64,000 bases of DNA from Phoronis australis (taxonomy: Eukaryota; Animalia; Phoronida). The position numbers were made by a program, and so were the translations under genes. The first letter of the stretch is position 1. Each line of letters opens with the position of its first letter. The stretch spans positions 111,758 through 175,757 of the forward strand of contig NMRA01000090.1 of NCBI GenBank assembly GCA_002633005.1. The letters run 5' to 3'. Below, piece after piece: positions 1 through 14,100 of this stretch. The notes beneath the pieces are model-generated. The model saw only the letters and a program-made list of their open reading frames with translations. It did not search any database and was not told where the DNA came from.

Positions 1-360
1 GGGTGATTTGCCCTTTAATTTCAATTGGATTACGGGAGCATGATTATTAATTACTCTAATGAAACTTTGTTTGAAAATCGTCCAAGCGGCATCGGGGTCA
101 ACAGCGGTGGTAACGGCGCCCCAATCAATCGCCTGTAGATTTCTGAGAAAGTCTTCGTTATCGAAGGTGCGATATGAACGCTTGGTAATGATACGTGGCG
201 GAAACCTAGGGCGACAAGTCTTATACGATGTGAATACAAGATTATGATCACTAATCCCAATGGGTATACTATCAAATGTAAAAACAAGAATAAGATCAAG
301 GCATGTGGAAGTTTTGTCGGTAACCCTTGTGGGCACGTTAATAATATAATTTACACGACA
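1..360 (-). mobile_element. CR1/L2-group LINE ORF2 fragment (end of APE endonuclease plus linker), runs off the window edge
   Basis: Open minus frame 360->1 reads NYIINVPTRVTDKTSTCLDLILV...GISDHNLVF...RSYRTFDNEDFLRNLQAIDW...DAAWTIFKQSFIRVINNHAPVIQLKLKGKSP. PTRVT..T.LDL and GISDH are APE motifs; DW/AW..FK/HAP is the typical CR1/L2 linker. Confidence 0.85.
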
Positions 361-734
361 TTAGATCGCAAACTGGATCCGTATGAATAATTTTCATGAA
401 GGCTTTCTATGCATGCTCACATGAACAGTAGTGAATGTTTAAACCACTGAAGTGCCAGCGGATCCCCCCATCTGTACGCTATTTGTACAAGTGTAACAGA
501 GATGGTCATTTCTGTCTTGCCCCCTTGTTTGTGTCTGTAGTTGACACTGGAGCAGCTGATCGAGTTCAGCTTGCTCTACCCATCAAATTGGGACCAAAAA
601 TGGCTGCCATGTTGTCAACTTGTTCCGTGTCAGTCACATACTTTCACTTGATCAGCTGTTCAATGTCAGCTGCTCTGTGTCAACTGTGCCTCCTGTAAAT
701 GCAGCTCATATGTGTATCGTATTTCAATTTGTCT

Positions 735-1500
735 TAGATTAGTGGCATTGTGCACTTTGTAGATCCTTGACATTTTCACGAAATTTTGGCAAATAGGTTT
801 CTATGAAGGAGTTGACACCATTTTTCCATTTTGGGATGATTCAATGAACTTTTAGCTATTTTTTTTCGTCTACCTCTTTCTCTGCCAAGCTGATCAACGG
901 ATCATTAAGAAAATTGGCAGATGTGTTCCTACTGACAAAAACATGACTGATTTTTGTAGTGGCATTTGTTGTATCTGTGGCTGTATCTCCTAAACCTCAG
1001 AATGTTTGTGAAGTTAAGCACGCGTATTCCTATGAACTGGGGCCTGTTCCAAGAAACTGAGTTCATTTTTGTCTTAAGTTTAAGATTTGTCTTAAACTCC
1101 AACTTTGAAACTTCCACATTCTGTTAGTTAGTGAAATTTAAGACAAAACTTACGTCACGCAGTTAATTCAAACTTAATATCTCTTTCTTGAATTGGTTTT
1201 GAGACAAATTTAACTTTTATTTTAAAATTTACTAAAATTTAGGATTTGTCTTAGCTAAGTCAGTTTTGTTGGAACGGACCCCTGGACTGCAGATAGGTAG
1301 ATCTGACTACCACTGTTGTGCCCCCTAGTGGCAATTTGATTTCTCCATGCTTGCCCATGTCTTTAGAGTTCCTTGACAAATTTGGAAATAGTTTTCTGTA
1401 GGAGAGAGGACGGCCATTTTCTCAGTTTTGGACAGGTGCAAGGTGTTTTGCGTCATGTGGTGTCCATTTTTGCATTGCTATTGAACACATCTAAAAGTAT
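735..1500 (+). mobile_element. Truncated, diverged copy of HINE family A, interrupted by a MITE
   Basis: Shares monomer motifs with 6023-6892 (GCTGTATCTCCTAAACC, GATCTGACTAC, GTGCCCCCTAGTGGCA at 1318-1333). Termini not seen; boundaries approximate. Confidence 0.65.
1040..1281. mobile_element. PIF/Harbinger-type MITE with CTG target-site duplication
   Basis: Imperfect TIRs GGGCCTGTTCCAAGAAACTGA / TCAGTTTTGTTGGAACGGACCC; CTG at 1037-1039 and 1282-1284; internal TTTGTCTTAA/TTAAGACAAA repeats; host repeat resumes across the insertion. Confidence 0.75.
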
Positions 1501-2023
1501 TCTGTTTGCGTTGCAGTCATGGGTGGCTGCAATAGAATGCTTTGCGTAGCTCTTTTGGCGTATAGATATATAATTGTATGGCAAGAACTAAACGTAAAAT
1601 ATGCAGAAAGGTTAGATTGAAGCTGTTGTATATCTTAAAGGAGAAAACATCCCCACCAATTCTGATCTCATTTCTACTGGGTGTGGCGAAGAACCGGAAC
1701 ATTTTAAATAGCCATAACCTCATAACAAGTAAATGTGGCACACTGATAAGGGTATCATTCTGCAGCTAATATTATGTTAAAGTTTATTTCTGTTGTCATC
1801 TTGCCTTTGAGGCGTTCTATGAATTGTTTGAGGTTTGTCAGTGTTACTGTGTTCTCTGATAACGGATGACCATGTTTCATATGATCTCGAGAGTGTTTTG
1901 TTGCCGTAATAAGTTTTGGCTACTTTGATTAGCTGGATTCTGTTTGGACCACTCGTTTGCTAACTCATGGTCTTAATTAGAGTTAAAAGTCATCTGCTTA
2001 TAAGAACATGTTATCATTTCTAG

Positions 2024-2173
2024 CTATTTGACTTGGAAGAGCGCCGTCGAGACAAGATGCCTGATGTCGCTGTACTCATTCAGAAGGTGTATAAGGGCTG
2101 GCATCAACTGATGCTGTTCCGATCTATGAAGGCCAGCCAGATAGTGATAGCATCATACATCAGATGTTATCTG
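2024..2173 (+). CDS. MYO1B: Myosin-I exon: end of motor, IQ1, most of IQ2
   Basis: ttctag|CTA...CTG|gtatgt; LFDLEERRRDKMPDVAVLIQKVYKGWHQLMLFRSMKASQIVIASYIRCYL. Confidence 0.93.
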
Positions 2174-5100
2174 GTATGTGACTCTTAAATATGTTATGAA
2201 TCGGGCGCCCATTGTGTAACTGGGTTGCATTCTGTAGACATCAGAAACTTGTGAAAATTCAAGATCATGCAACTCTTCGGGAGATACAAAAATGCATTAG
2301 AAGTGATGCACTTGAAAACACTTATCTCATAAGTGCCTTACATCTACAAAATGTAGCCCTGTGCCCAGGGATTAACTTTGTCACTGTTACACATTGCTTT
2401 TTGCGAGTTGCCTGGTCAGTCATTGCCATACTTGCCCTTTGGCGAGTTGGGTACTTTTGCGTTCTTGACCCAATTAATCCTCAATCGTATTGGAGATATT
2501 ATCTACAGGTTAATGACATCAACAAATGACAGGAAGTCAGTTTTACAAACAACAGGAAGTCGTTTTTACCAAACCTTGAACAAAAGTCAAATACTTCTAT
2601 TTTTTCATAGTAAATAATGTATAGACGCTGAGATTGGCCAGTAGTGAAATTTTTTGCATTTTTAAAGATTTTGGTGTATCGCTTACATGTGGACTTGTGA
2701 TTGATGCAATGGTCTCCAAACTGCCCATTGTTGGCATTTAATTGACTTAAATTCAAAACAATTCTGATTCAGGAACATAGTATGTATTGGGACAAGTGGA
2801 CTATGAGTTTCAGGCAAAAACTTTTGTTGACTATTAATAAAGTATTTTTTTCATCTTCAATACTCTACCTGGTGAGTACCTGCCTCAACGTAATTTTGAA
2901 ATTTTATAAAACGTTGTGAGTGCAAATACAAAAAACAGTTATGGAGCATTGCACCATTTATTTGAAATTGGGAAATGCAGTTCTAAAAAAATTCAGCAGT
3001 GAAAGAGCTAATGTACGAACTCAACTCAAGACTCGACTCAATCAAAACATTGCTAATCATGTTGCATTATTTGAGTACAAAATTTGTAAACTATTGGAAG
3101 CGTAACATGCAATTCGTCAATTTTCAAGTCGAGTTTCAAGAACAGAGTTTAGACGCTGTGTGGTCTCATCTCAGTTGTTGAGACCAGCTGTGTTATGTAG
3201 TCTACTATGTGTTATGCCTCAATTCAGCTAATTTTGTTATGTTATCAAACATCTAATGGTCTCGAGACTAACTGCAAGTGAATTGAGTCACACTGTTGTG
3301 TGTGAAGTTCATTCTTTGCCCATGAAAATTCTGCAAAAATACAGATAAAGTTTCATCATGTCACATTGTGTCTGGTGTGCAGATGGCTTTAGTTAGGCTG
3401 CATTCTGTAGATACATGAAGCATGTCCAGCAAGAAGTTTTCACTGATGGAACTATTCTACAATTATTCTAATCCCACCTACCAATCATTTCTGCAATGGC
3501 CACCATTTTACTTACTACGTTGTCTTAAGCATTCTTGCAAAACACTTGCCTTTAACAGAACAGGTGATTTTGCGTGGACTTGTGGATCTTGTGTTTTTGC
3601 TTGTTTGTTTGGAGTACACCCCTGCATCCCTGCACCCCTGGTTGCGTCTTACCCGTAAAGTTACCAGGAACGTCTTTTTTAAATGTGAATCTGTGTTGGA
3701 AGCCACTTGACTCTGTTGACATGTACACTTTTGGAAGTCAGTGTAAAACAGATGAAAACTAGGAAGATACACTGACAGTGCATCTTAGTGTCCATCTTGT
3801 CTGATAAGTGAGCTAAATAGCACACAGATCACGGTTTATTCAACTTTTTCAGGAGTAATTTTTGCGAGCTTACGAAGATTACAGCATCCCATTCGTTCAT
3901 TGTCCCCTACCACGTGTTGGCGTGACGCAAGGGACATAGTACTCACAACGTACATCCTTGCATCCTATCTCAAGAACAAAGCTTTAGATTTTGTTCATAT
4001 TTTGTCTCGGGGTCTAGGTGGAGCAACTCCAGGTGCTGGTCAATATTGGTCACCTTGACATTATTTTCAAGGGCACAGCCAGAAAATGAAGTTGGACTTC
4101 AAAAAATGCTATGGGGGTGATGTCTCAAGAAGGAAACTTTGATGGCATATCACATGAACGTAGCTTTAGATTTTGGTGATTTCACATTTTTAACATGTGT
4201 GTATCCCAAGGCGGCTTGGGACAGTTGTCATCCTATATTACAAAATGCTTGTTGTATCCTGGTACTCATTGTCACCTGAGTTAACTGGATGCCAAAATTC
4301 ATATTCTGATCTTGTATTTAAGTGCTCAATCACTCTGCAAAATCAACAAGTGTGGTTCATTTTGTTATTCATTAGTAACAACTGTATTCATGACTACTCG
4401 TCTGTTTTATACATTTCAGTCCAGAAGAGCCTATCTCAAGCAGAAGAATGCAGCCATTTGTATAGCAGCCTTTGCCCGAGGATGGCTGGTATGTTATGAG
4501 CTTGAACATCTTTTGACAGTTGTATATTGAAGTAACATTACAAACGTGTTACAGTTGCAATCAGTATCTACACCAAAATTAATAAAAACAAATTGTTGTT
4601 GATAAATTTATAAATATTCACACTCGTCACAATTTTTAATCTAGTGACACCAGTATTTAATTGAAAATTTATTTGTAATGTTTGGATGATGTCTGTTTGA
4701 CCAAAACATGCTTTTAGTAAATTTGTACTTTGGTAAAAAAGTGCCGAACTCAGGTATTCAGGAATGAAATGAAATGAAATTAGTAAATAGGACAAGGCAT
4801 CAAGGTAATGACAGTGGCGGGTTGGGCTTGACACCTCCGGTAATTGCTGTATTGCAGGGCAACACACATCTGTGCACGTCTGCTCAATTTGGGCTGGTAT
4901 TGATAAACTAGTAGGAATGCTGTCGTGAAGGTGATGATGTATAATGATGATTATTTTTCCTAAAACTTCTGTACCTCCGAGTGACAAACATTTGTGTCAC
5001 TGCCTCAGTCGGGGAACTTCATAAAATGTGGCAGTATGTTTCTATTAAGGAGAGGGATGACTCTTATCCATTTTTGGATGGTTCTGATACGTGCTATGCC

Positions 5101-8100
5101 ACCTAGCGACAGTTTTAGAAATATGGTTCTGTTTTGGCATCTGTCTCTGTGTCTGCCAAACTGCTTGAAGGACAGTCATGAAATTTTGCCCGATGTGTAC
5201 TTATTAATCTGAGTAATTCTTATTCTGGAACTCATATGACTTTTGCTGTGCCTCTGGCACCAGTTCGCAATTTGCTTGTCAAAAGACATGTTCCGTCAAT
5301 GCTTCCCTGTGCCCAGTCACCACAAGCAACACCACTGTGTTAGCTTGCATTATTGTTCACAAAACTGTGCTACAAAGAGTGCTTGTCACCTTTCTTGTTA
5401 ACGATAATCCTCCGTGAATGCACTGACAGCCTATGCTGCTCATTTTGGGGGAAATTTTAATTATATGAATGTGATTTCAAGCAATTTGAAATAATTATCA
5501 CCCATTTTGTGAGACCATTGACCTCCAAACATCATTGTTAGTTTTTATGGCTGAACACCTGCAGAAACTCTAGAAATGACTACCTATGCCACTGAAAATA
5601 GGCTAGAGATTGGTGTAAATAGTTATTATAAAAATGATGACACGATCTTGTTATAATTGTATGGTTGCTATCCACAGGCCAGAAAGCTTGCTGCCCAGCT
5701 CCGTCATGAAAAGCGCTGCCTGTGGGCTGTAGGAGTGATTAAAGCTTATTTCATTGGTTGGCAGACGAGAAAAGAGTACCGGAAGTTACTGCCTTCCATA
5801 GCGAGTACCAAACTCGTTGGATTTGTACGCAATGGACTGGTGCGTGACGTAGATATCGCAGGTTGATGTATCTGACTGTGCAAATTCTGATAGATTCTTC
5901 GGATTTTAATTACTCTTTCATAACCACATTTAAAAATATTCATATATTTGAGACAAAACTGGCATCAAAACATAGACTGTTGAATTAGGCCACCTGCCAT
6001 TAAAAAATTGGTCTAAACTTGGTTTTTTATGCGCCCACTTATTTATATGTGGTCGCATATTGCCGTCATCTCTGTCTGTCCGGGCGGCCGCAGCTGTATC
6101 TCCTAAACCCCTCACAAGATCTTGATGAGATTTGGCAGTTGTCTTCCTATGAAGCTGACGACAGACGATGACGAATTTCAGACCTCTCCGACTACCGTTG
6201 TGCCCCCCTGGTGGCAATTTTAGTTTTTTACGCTTACCTCTGTATCTTCGGAAGTCCTCAACGTAGGTTCATAAAATTTGGAATATAGACATCTATTTGT
6301 GAGATGAAAGTATCCTCTCGTTTTCGGATGGATGCGACGTAGTTTGCGCCACCTAGTTGCCATTTTTACTGTTTTCGAGTCTGTTTTTTGGGGTCCACCC
6401 CTCTATCAACCAAAGCGCTCTAAGGATGATTGTAAAAATTGGCATGTATGTTCTTATCGTGAAGAGGATGGCTGATGACGATTTTCCAATGACTTCTAGT
6501 ACTATGGCGCCTCCTAGTGGCAGTTTTGTGTTTTTTTCGCCCATGGCTGTATCTCCTAAGTCCTCTGCAGAATGTTTATTAAATTTAGCAAGTGTATGTA
6601 ATGGTATATGACATTGACAACAAAAGACGACAACTTTCAGACGGATCCGATTAAGCTTTGTTTCCTAGTGGCAATTTTATTTTTTCCCTTTTGTTAAAGT
6701 TTCTTGATGGATTTTCATGAAATGTGGTAAATAGCCTTCTGTTAAAAAGCGGTGACATTTTCCAGTTTTTTGATGGATTCGAAATATTTTGCACTATGTA
6801 GTGGCCATTTTTATGATACAAATAATCACCCTAGAAGCACACTGTTTGTAGTGCATTCGTGGGCGCATTTCAACGCTTCGTGTTGCTCTTGTACATGGAT
6901 TAGAAGTGATGTTTGGACTTTGGAAGACCTGACAATTTGATTTAGTTGGCTTATCCCTGCAGTTATTAGGTTCATTGTGGATTTAGTTGGCTTATCCCTA
7001 CAGTTATTGGTGTTTGTTGATTTAGTAGGGTTATCCCTATAGTTCTTTGTTTATTGTTGGATGGGGTAGACTTCTCAGAATTATTAGCTTTCGCCAGAGC
7101 CAACTAAATCCGTTGTTTTTTGTGATTTTATTTTTGTACTTCAATCGCCAATTCTCGTTGTCTCCAGATTTTCACTGTAATCAAGGCTGGTGTCTTTACC
7201 TGTTAAAAAGTCTTAAAAATATTCTGCCATTTGTCAAGTGGAGTTTAGTAGGAGTTTGATTTCACAATGAAGCTGGCCTCGTAAAATCAATGTTTTCGAG
7301 GAAAATGTCCCTAATTTAGAGCGCAATATAGCTGACAAGTGAAATTATATTTTCAATAAAATGCTTTCCTTATTCAAGTTTTGTGTCACAGTTACCATCT
7401 AGCAAAGTTTTGAAGCCCTTGAAAAATGAAAAGGGCATTTTAGGCCATTATTTGTGTCTGAAATTTGTTAGATTTTATTGTTAAGTGGATGACTGGTTAC
7501 TGTTTTGCAGGAAAATCAAGTTGTCGAAATTCATGGATTTCCAACACCAGAACTGGTAGTCATATTAATTTATGGTACATCTTTACTTTCACTGCCTGGT
7601 GTGAAATCTTTTTGTCACCTGCTGAACTATTTGTTTGCTGGTTTTTGTGCTAATCCTGGAGACCCTAGAATTGCTTCTTCGTTTTTATGTTTGGAATCCA
7701 GTTGTAAATTGCTTCAATAGCTGATTTATGAAATAGCTGTCGCATGTTGAAATTCACAATCCTGCCAGACAGAGATTAGGTGTTTGGTGGACAGGGGTTT
7801 AGCGCCACCTACAGATCCCATGTAATAGGACAGGAGTTTCAATCTACTGGTATAAACAGTGTTTTAATACCTTTTCTATGGTCATACCACTCAAAATATC
7901 CATGGATGAAGGACATCATGTGCCATACACTTCACATTGCAAAAAGAATCCATGCCCTGTGAAGTCAGTGGCTGCAGCTGATGAAGGGATATCAAAAAGC
8001 TATAAATTAGTGAACTTTAGTAGCCCAATTAAACAATAGGAGGGGATGACACTGGGGTTTATTACTCTGTTTTTGGAATAATGAACCAATGTGTACAAAG

Positions 8101-11100
8101 TGAGTTTCTGTCCAGATCAAGGGAAAATCTATTTTGCGCTCTCATTACTCTACAGAGCGCCTATATGAAAAGTCCGCTATTGGTGTGCCAGAGTTTTGAC
8201 TCATTTTGCCTGAATATTGGGTTTACCCTAAGCCCTTAAAAATTATTCACTTTTCTACAGAAATGAACCAACAGTCTGTCATGATAGGCAGACACTGTAG
8301 TGAGTAGCCATGAGTTATTGTGACGTCAACTACAGGTTTTGGGAGTGTTTGATATTCGGCTTACAGGTTTTTTACCAAAATGGTATCTTGTCATCCAAAG
8401 TAATTTTAGGTTCTAACATGTGGATAGAGGCTAAAAAATTGTAGAAATTCCTCCTTTTAATGATTTATGATTTGAGAGAACATATCAGAATACAGAATTT
8501 ATCTAGACAGTCAAGTATGTTACTGTGACAATTGCAGTGTAATTCTGAAGTATGTTTAAAAGGCAACAACAATTTCAAAACTGCCAATATGCCTCTTTAA
8601 AATAGTTTTTTGAACTTTAAAGAAATTTGAAATTTAACAATTATGCTCTTTCATTTTTGTGAAAAAAATTATTTTGGTGAAACCTAATTGTTCAACAAAT
8701 TGGGCGTACATTTTTTGTTCATGCTAAATGAGGGTAACCTCGGCACTGTGTCATAGATTTTTGTATCCATAAACTGCCAGCGTTTATGCTAATGATGCAG
8801 TGTGTCAAATGTATTCTAACGAAATTTCAAAGTCTATATGTCCGGTATTAAACTAATTGATCCTGCTCTTTAATTAAGAAATTCATGTACACCAAGTTAA
8901 ATCTCACAACATACTTTCAGAAACGCCGTTACTTAATCAACCTATCCAAGACACTGCCTAGCACCTCACCTGTGGACAAAACCTGGCCGAACCCTCCTGC
9001 TAGGCTGATGGAGACGAGCGATGTCTTGAGAACACTTCACCACAAGTGGAGGGTATTATTTAAAGGCTAAAACAACCTTTTTTCATGTCATTTTTTGCAA
9101 AAATAAGGTTTGTTGATTATCCTAGACATATTTTTCACTTGATCACAGCTTTTCGTAATTTAATTATTCATTTTCTGCTCCAGAAGTGACGTTTTGGGAA
9201 GCAAAAATTTTACGCTAATTTCTTTTCATATAGTGTGACTGTGAGAGCAGTCGAGTCAGTCATTGTTCTATCTCGGTTGTGAAAAGTTCGGTCGTTGTTT
9301 GCTTTTGTTTACGAGTCATTCAACATGCCACACTGTTGCTGCATACCGGGATGTACTCATTATAGCCTAGAGCCTGTAAGCAGCCCTGCTGCAATGTTGA
9401 GTAGTGGGAGTTAATACAGGCCCAGTTCGACACCCAGTGAAGAGGATAGTTTGTCGTTCAATGAACAGATTGGTGAGCCGAGCTTTGATAAGTTTATTGT
9501 GGACTTGTCTAAAGTATTGGAGCTATTTAGAAGGTGCCAGGTGTGTGGCGTGGGAATCACATGGCGGGATGTAAGCAGTTTGTGTGCTCAGGTCAATATC
9601 CAGTGGGAGTGTGTTGCGGGACACTCGGGCAAGTTGTTCCTCTGTGCGTGAGACGATAATGAGAACATGGCGGTACGCAGCAGCAAAAGTGTGGCATGTT
9701 GACTAACTCATATTCAAACGCAAACGACGACCGAACTTGTCAAAATTGAGATAGAACAATAATTGACTCAGCAGCTCTCACAGTCAGGCTATAAGAAAAT
9801 ATATTGGTGTGAAATTCTGGCCTCCCAAAACATCACTTCCGGAGTAGAGGACGAGTAATTGTTTAAATTACTAAAAAGCTGTAATATGTCTGGGATAATC
9901 AACGAACTTTATTTTTGCTAAAAGTGACATGAGAAAGGGTTGCCTTCACCTTTAACCTGGGCACAGCAAGGCTTGCAGTTGAGACTGTTGCGAAAATGTT
10001 CTTTTTGTAACACTTGGCCTAATATGCATAATTAGTGTCTAGCATTTGATACGCTATTGTTGACATTTGTGAACCTATCCCTGGGGAAAAAACACTGGCC
10101 TGACACATATCCCATGTCAGCAAATTTTTACTACAGTTATCAAGGTTTTGTATACGTTCACCATTTGTTCTTTTTGAACATTGCTGTTGTCCTTTGGTTA
10201 TGTTGATCTAATTAGTACTTGTTACTGTGGCTTGTAAATGGAGAATTAACATCCACTATTTTTGTTAATGGCAGTGTGACAGACACCGGCAGAAGTTCAA
10301 CACACTTCAAAGGCAAGTGATGAGGGAAAAAGTAATGGCCAGTGAACTGTTCAAAGATAAAAAGTCAAGTTATCCACAGAGGTTTGTTAGATAACATTTA
10401 AAAGACATGTCTTTATGATCACCACCTCCCAAGTCTTCTTAATCACACTCTCATATTTATTTCATACCACAATAAATCCTTTTAGCAATGAAAACGTAAA
10501 TATAGTGGATCCTATTTTTGTCATGTTATACAAAGTCAGGTAGAATATCCTGGTTATTGTCATGAATTATCAAAAAAATGATCATTTCCCATTAAACCCA
10601 ATGTAAAATAACACGCAATGTCATGATTTCATGGTCATATTCCTAGATAGTAACGAAACTAAACTCGCTGTTTATTATCATGTGCAGTGATATAGGATAT
10701 CACAAGGGGGGCAACATTTTGTCTGTAAACATTTGCGCAAAGCACGAAGTAGATGTGCACAGAACCGAATGGGGGGAGGTGAGGAGGGGTGTTTGCCCCC
10801 CTCCCGCCAGGAAAATTTTTCTGTTTTTTCCTCTAAATATCAAGCATTTTCCTTGATTCCTGAAGTATTATCTAAGAAAAAAGGCAAAGAAAGAAACAAA
10901 AAACACTGAAAACGTATCAAACTTGAAAAACTGCAATTGTTACAGATTCCATTTTCTTTAAAAAATGCAGTAATTTTCTAAATTGCACAGTGAAGCAGAT
11001 GACGTAAACGGTGTCGTAGTGTCGCCACAGCCGGTCGTCTGGGATATCGCGGGAAAGCCTATACTTTGCCATAGTTCTGTTTCGATTGTGCCATGTTCCA

Positions 11101-14100
11101 AATTTGACACTTGAAATTGGATCTGAGCCCCCCAAACACACTAAAACTGCACACCATTTAAATCTTGTGCATGTGTATCATCGCTTCTCTTTCTAAAAAT
11201 CAACAATACAATTCATCTTCATTTCAAAACTCAGCTCTTGGAGTAAAAATCTGTTGTTTCCTGTTTAGTTGTTTGACTCGTGAAAAAATGGGATTTTGAA
11301 GTGCAGAGAACTGGGACAAGTGTGGGTTGGTCAAATAGCATGTTGTTGAAATTATGTTTGAACACGATAAAACATTCAAGTTCAATTATATATAGAACAT
11401 GAAGCAGTATACGACATTCAAGTGACTAAACACATGTCGAGAGAAAACTAAGGTATTTTAATACTGGAAGGTTGAAGTTAAACTAGTACCAGCTGACTAA
11501 TTTAAGGATTTGGGGAGTACCTTCGACTGTCATCATTTAAATAAAAAATTATTGCATTTAGTCTGGTAAACGTTGTATAAGTATCTTGTATTCTTAGTTC
11601 TTGTTCCAGAACTTTCTGAGTAGTGATTAACAATTTTGAAAATAGGGCGTTCCCTGAAGAAAAATTCAACCATTTCTTGTTTGGACCACTGTTGCAAGCA
11701 AAAGGCATGAAGCAGCATTCAGAGTTATGTTACTATTATTAATTTCATTTATCTTTCAGTGTCAGCCAACCATTCAAAGGTACCTATGTGGCCTTGGGTC
11801 AAAACCCCAAGTGGACGAAAATTGCATCAAGTACTGCAGAGAGCCATCTGCTCTTCTCTGACCATGTGAACAAAGTGAACCGCTCAGATGGAAAGGTATG
11901 ATCCAAAACAGACTCTTGTACCTGAAGAAATGAATACCAGTGATGGGCTGGTGATCAATAAAAAAATTGATTATGTTCAAGTACTCCTGCTTGATTCTCA
12001 CAATTGATTAATCAGGTGCATAATTTTACGGAAATAATGGACATTTTCTGTGTAAACAAAATCAATAAATCAGTAGAATTATCACTTTGAAGTGGAACTT
12101 GCAGGCTAATTCTTTATCTCCATGACTACTTGGCCAAATTAGTTTGAAACACAATACAAGGTAACAACATGAATATTGAAGTAGGTTGAAAATTGACAAA
12201 TGTTTTTAAGAACGAGTTTTGTGATGAAAATGATCCGCTGCAAATCACTGAACTGGGTCCAGGAAATATCGTGACATGGTGCTGGGGACGAACCCTGCAT
12301 GATGTGGGCCTATGTGAGGCCGTGAAATATGTCATTCATGGAAAGGTCATCTATTTGCAGATTGTTTTGGTTTTCACATTAAAATTTACAGTTGCCATTG
12401 AATACAACTGAACTTTGTTTAGCATAGATTATGTTGAAATAGCACTGTCGTTTGGTTTTTGTTATACATTAGCATAGTTAGGGGCATGCCTTTGTTATTG
12501 TCATAGCAAAGTAACCCCTAGCCGATTTTACGAAAACTTTATGAAAACTATGTTATGTCTCAAAAACGCTGTTAGGATTTTGCTTTAAAATGCCTAGTGT
12601 TCATGTACCGAGCAATATACGAATTAGGCCGCTGTTTTTTTTTTTTTGTACAAAAATGCCTTGTATTTTGCAACTAACTATTAGTAAGTGAATAATCAAA
12701 AATTTACAAACAGTGTTTTTGAGAAATAACGTAGTTATCCTTTTTGAAAAGGTAATACCAAAATCGGATGTGGTGGTTATTTTGCTGTGAATGTACCTTT
12801 TTGCTCATGAAAATTTGACTGAAAAACTTGGTCTCATGCCAATAGACACAGTAGTAAGAAGCATATTGTTAGAATCCCCAATCTTTCTCCTTTCAGAATA
12901 TACTTCTAATGGTTGACAAAGCATAGTTTTTCAATATTTGAGTTGAGGTCAATTATTATGGTCCTAGATAACCTTAAGACAGGATTTGATGATTGAGTGT
13001 TATGTTGATACCAACTGGAATTATTACTGAGTGATATTTCCTTTTTATGCGCCTACATATTTATGTGTGGACGCATTATGCCATGATCTCCGTCCGTCCG
13101 GGCAGCGTCTGTCCGGCGTCCATCCGTCCGACGTCCGCTGCTCTAACTTGAAAACCGTTTGACGTATGTTCTTAAGATTTTGCAGATGTGTTCCTTTCAT
13201 GGATGTTACAGCAGGAGCGAACTTTCAAACAGATTTGACTACCGGTCTGCCCCCTACTGGCAATTTTAGTGTTTTATGCTTACCTCTACATCTTCAAAGG
13301 TCTTCCGCATATTTACATAAAATTTGGATTGAGTGAGATGATGCTATCCACCCGTTTTCGGATAGATCCGACGTAATTTGCGCCACCTAGTGGCCATTTT
13401 ACTGTTTTCGAGTATGTTTTTAGTTGTCCACCCCTCTATCAACCAAACCACTCTAAGGATGATTGTGGAAATTGGCATGTATGTAGTACTACTTACTTCT
13501 TACTATGAAGAGGACGGCTGAGGATGGTTTTCCGACGATTTCAACGACTGTGGCGCCTCCTAGTGGCAGTTTTGTTTTTTGCGCCTATGGCTGTATCTCC
13601 TAAACTGTCTGCAGGATCTTTACTAAATTTAGTAAGTGCATTTATATGATGTTGACAAAGGACGACGACGACTTTCTGACAGATTTGATTACTGGTGTGC
13701 CCCCTGTGGCACTTTTATTTTTTTATGTTAACCTCTGTATTTTCAAAGGTTCTCAACGTATTTTCAAAAAATTTGGCGTACTGGCTTCTGTTAATGTGGT
13801 GACGCTATCTTTCCATTTTCAAATGGATTCGACTTAGTTTGCGCCACCTAGTGGCCATTTTTGGGTCTGTTTTTTGGCGTCCACCCCTCTATCAACCAAA
13901 TCACTTTCAGGATAATTGTGAGAATTGGCATGTACGTTTATGATATGAAGGAGACGGCTGACGATGACTTTCCGATGACTTTTGCTAATGTGGCGCCTCC
14001 TCCTAGTGGCATTTTCGGGTTTTTTTTGCGCTCATCGCTGTATCTCTTAAACCGTGTGCAGTATCTTTAGTAAATTTAATAATTGTATTTATATGATGTT

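Noticed and set aside
1-13. GTGATTTGCCC matching the end of the 54815-57798 element
   Set aside because: Here it is part of the LINE reading frame (KGKSP); a short chance match.
6353-6611. Recurring ORFs such as HPSINQ...DDDFP..VAPPSG (also 13861, 58952) as a gene family
   Set aside because: They are translations of family A tandem repeats; frames are not preserved between copies.
10690-10870. G/C-run-rich segment as an internal promoter
   Set aside because: Resembles common GGGGAGG..CCCCCTCCCG MITE interiors; boundaries could not be defined and nothing supports a TSS.
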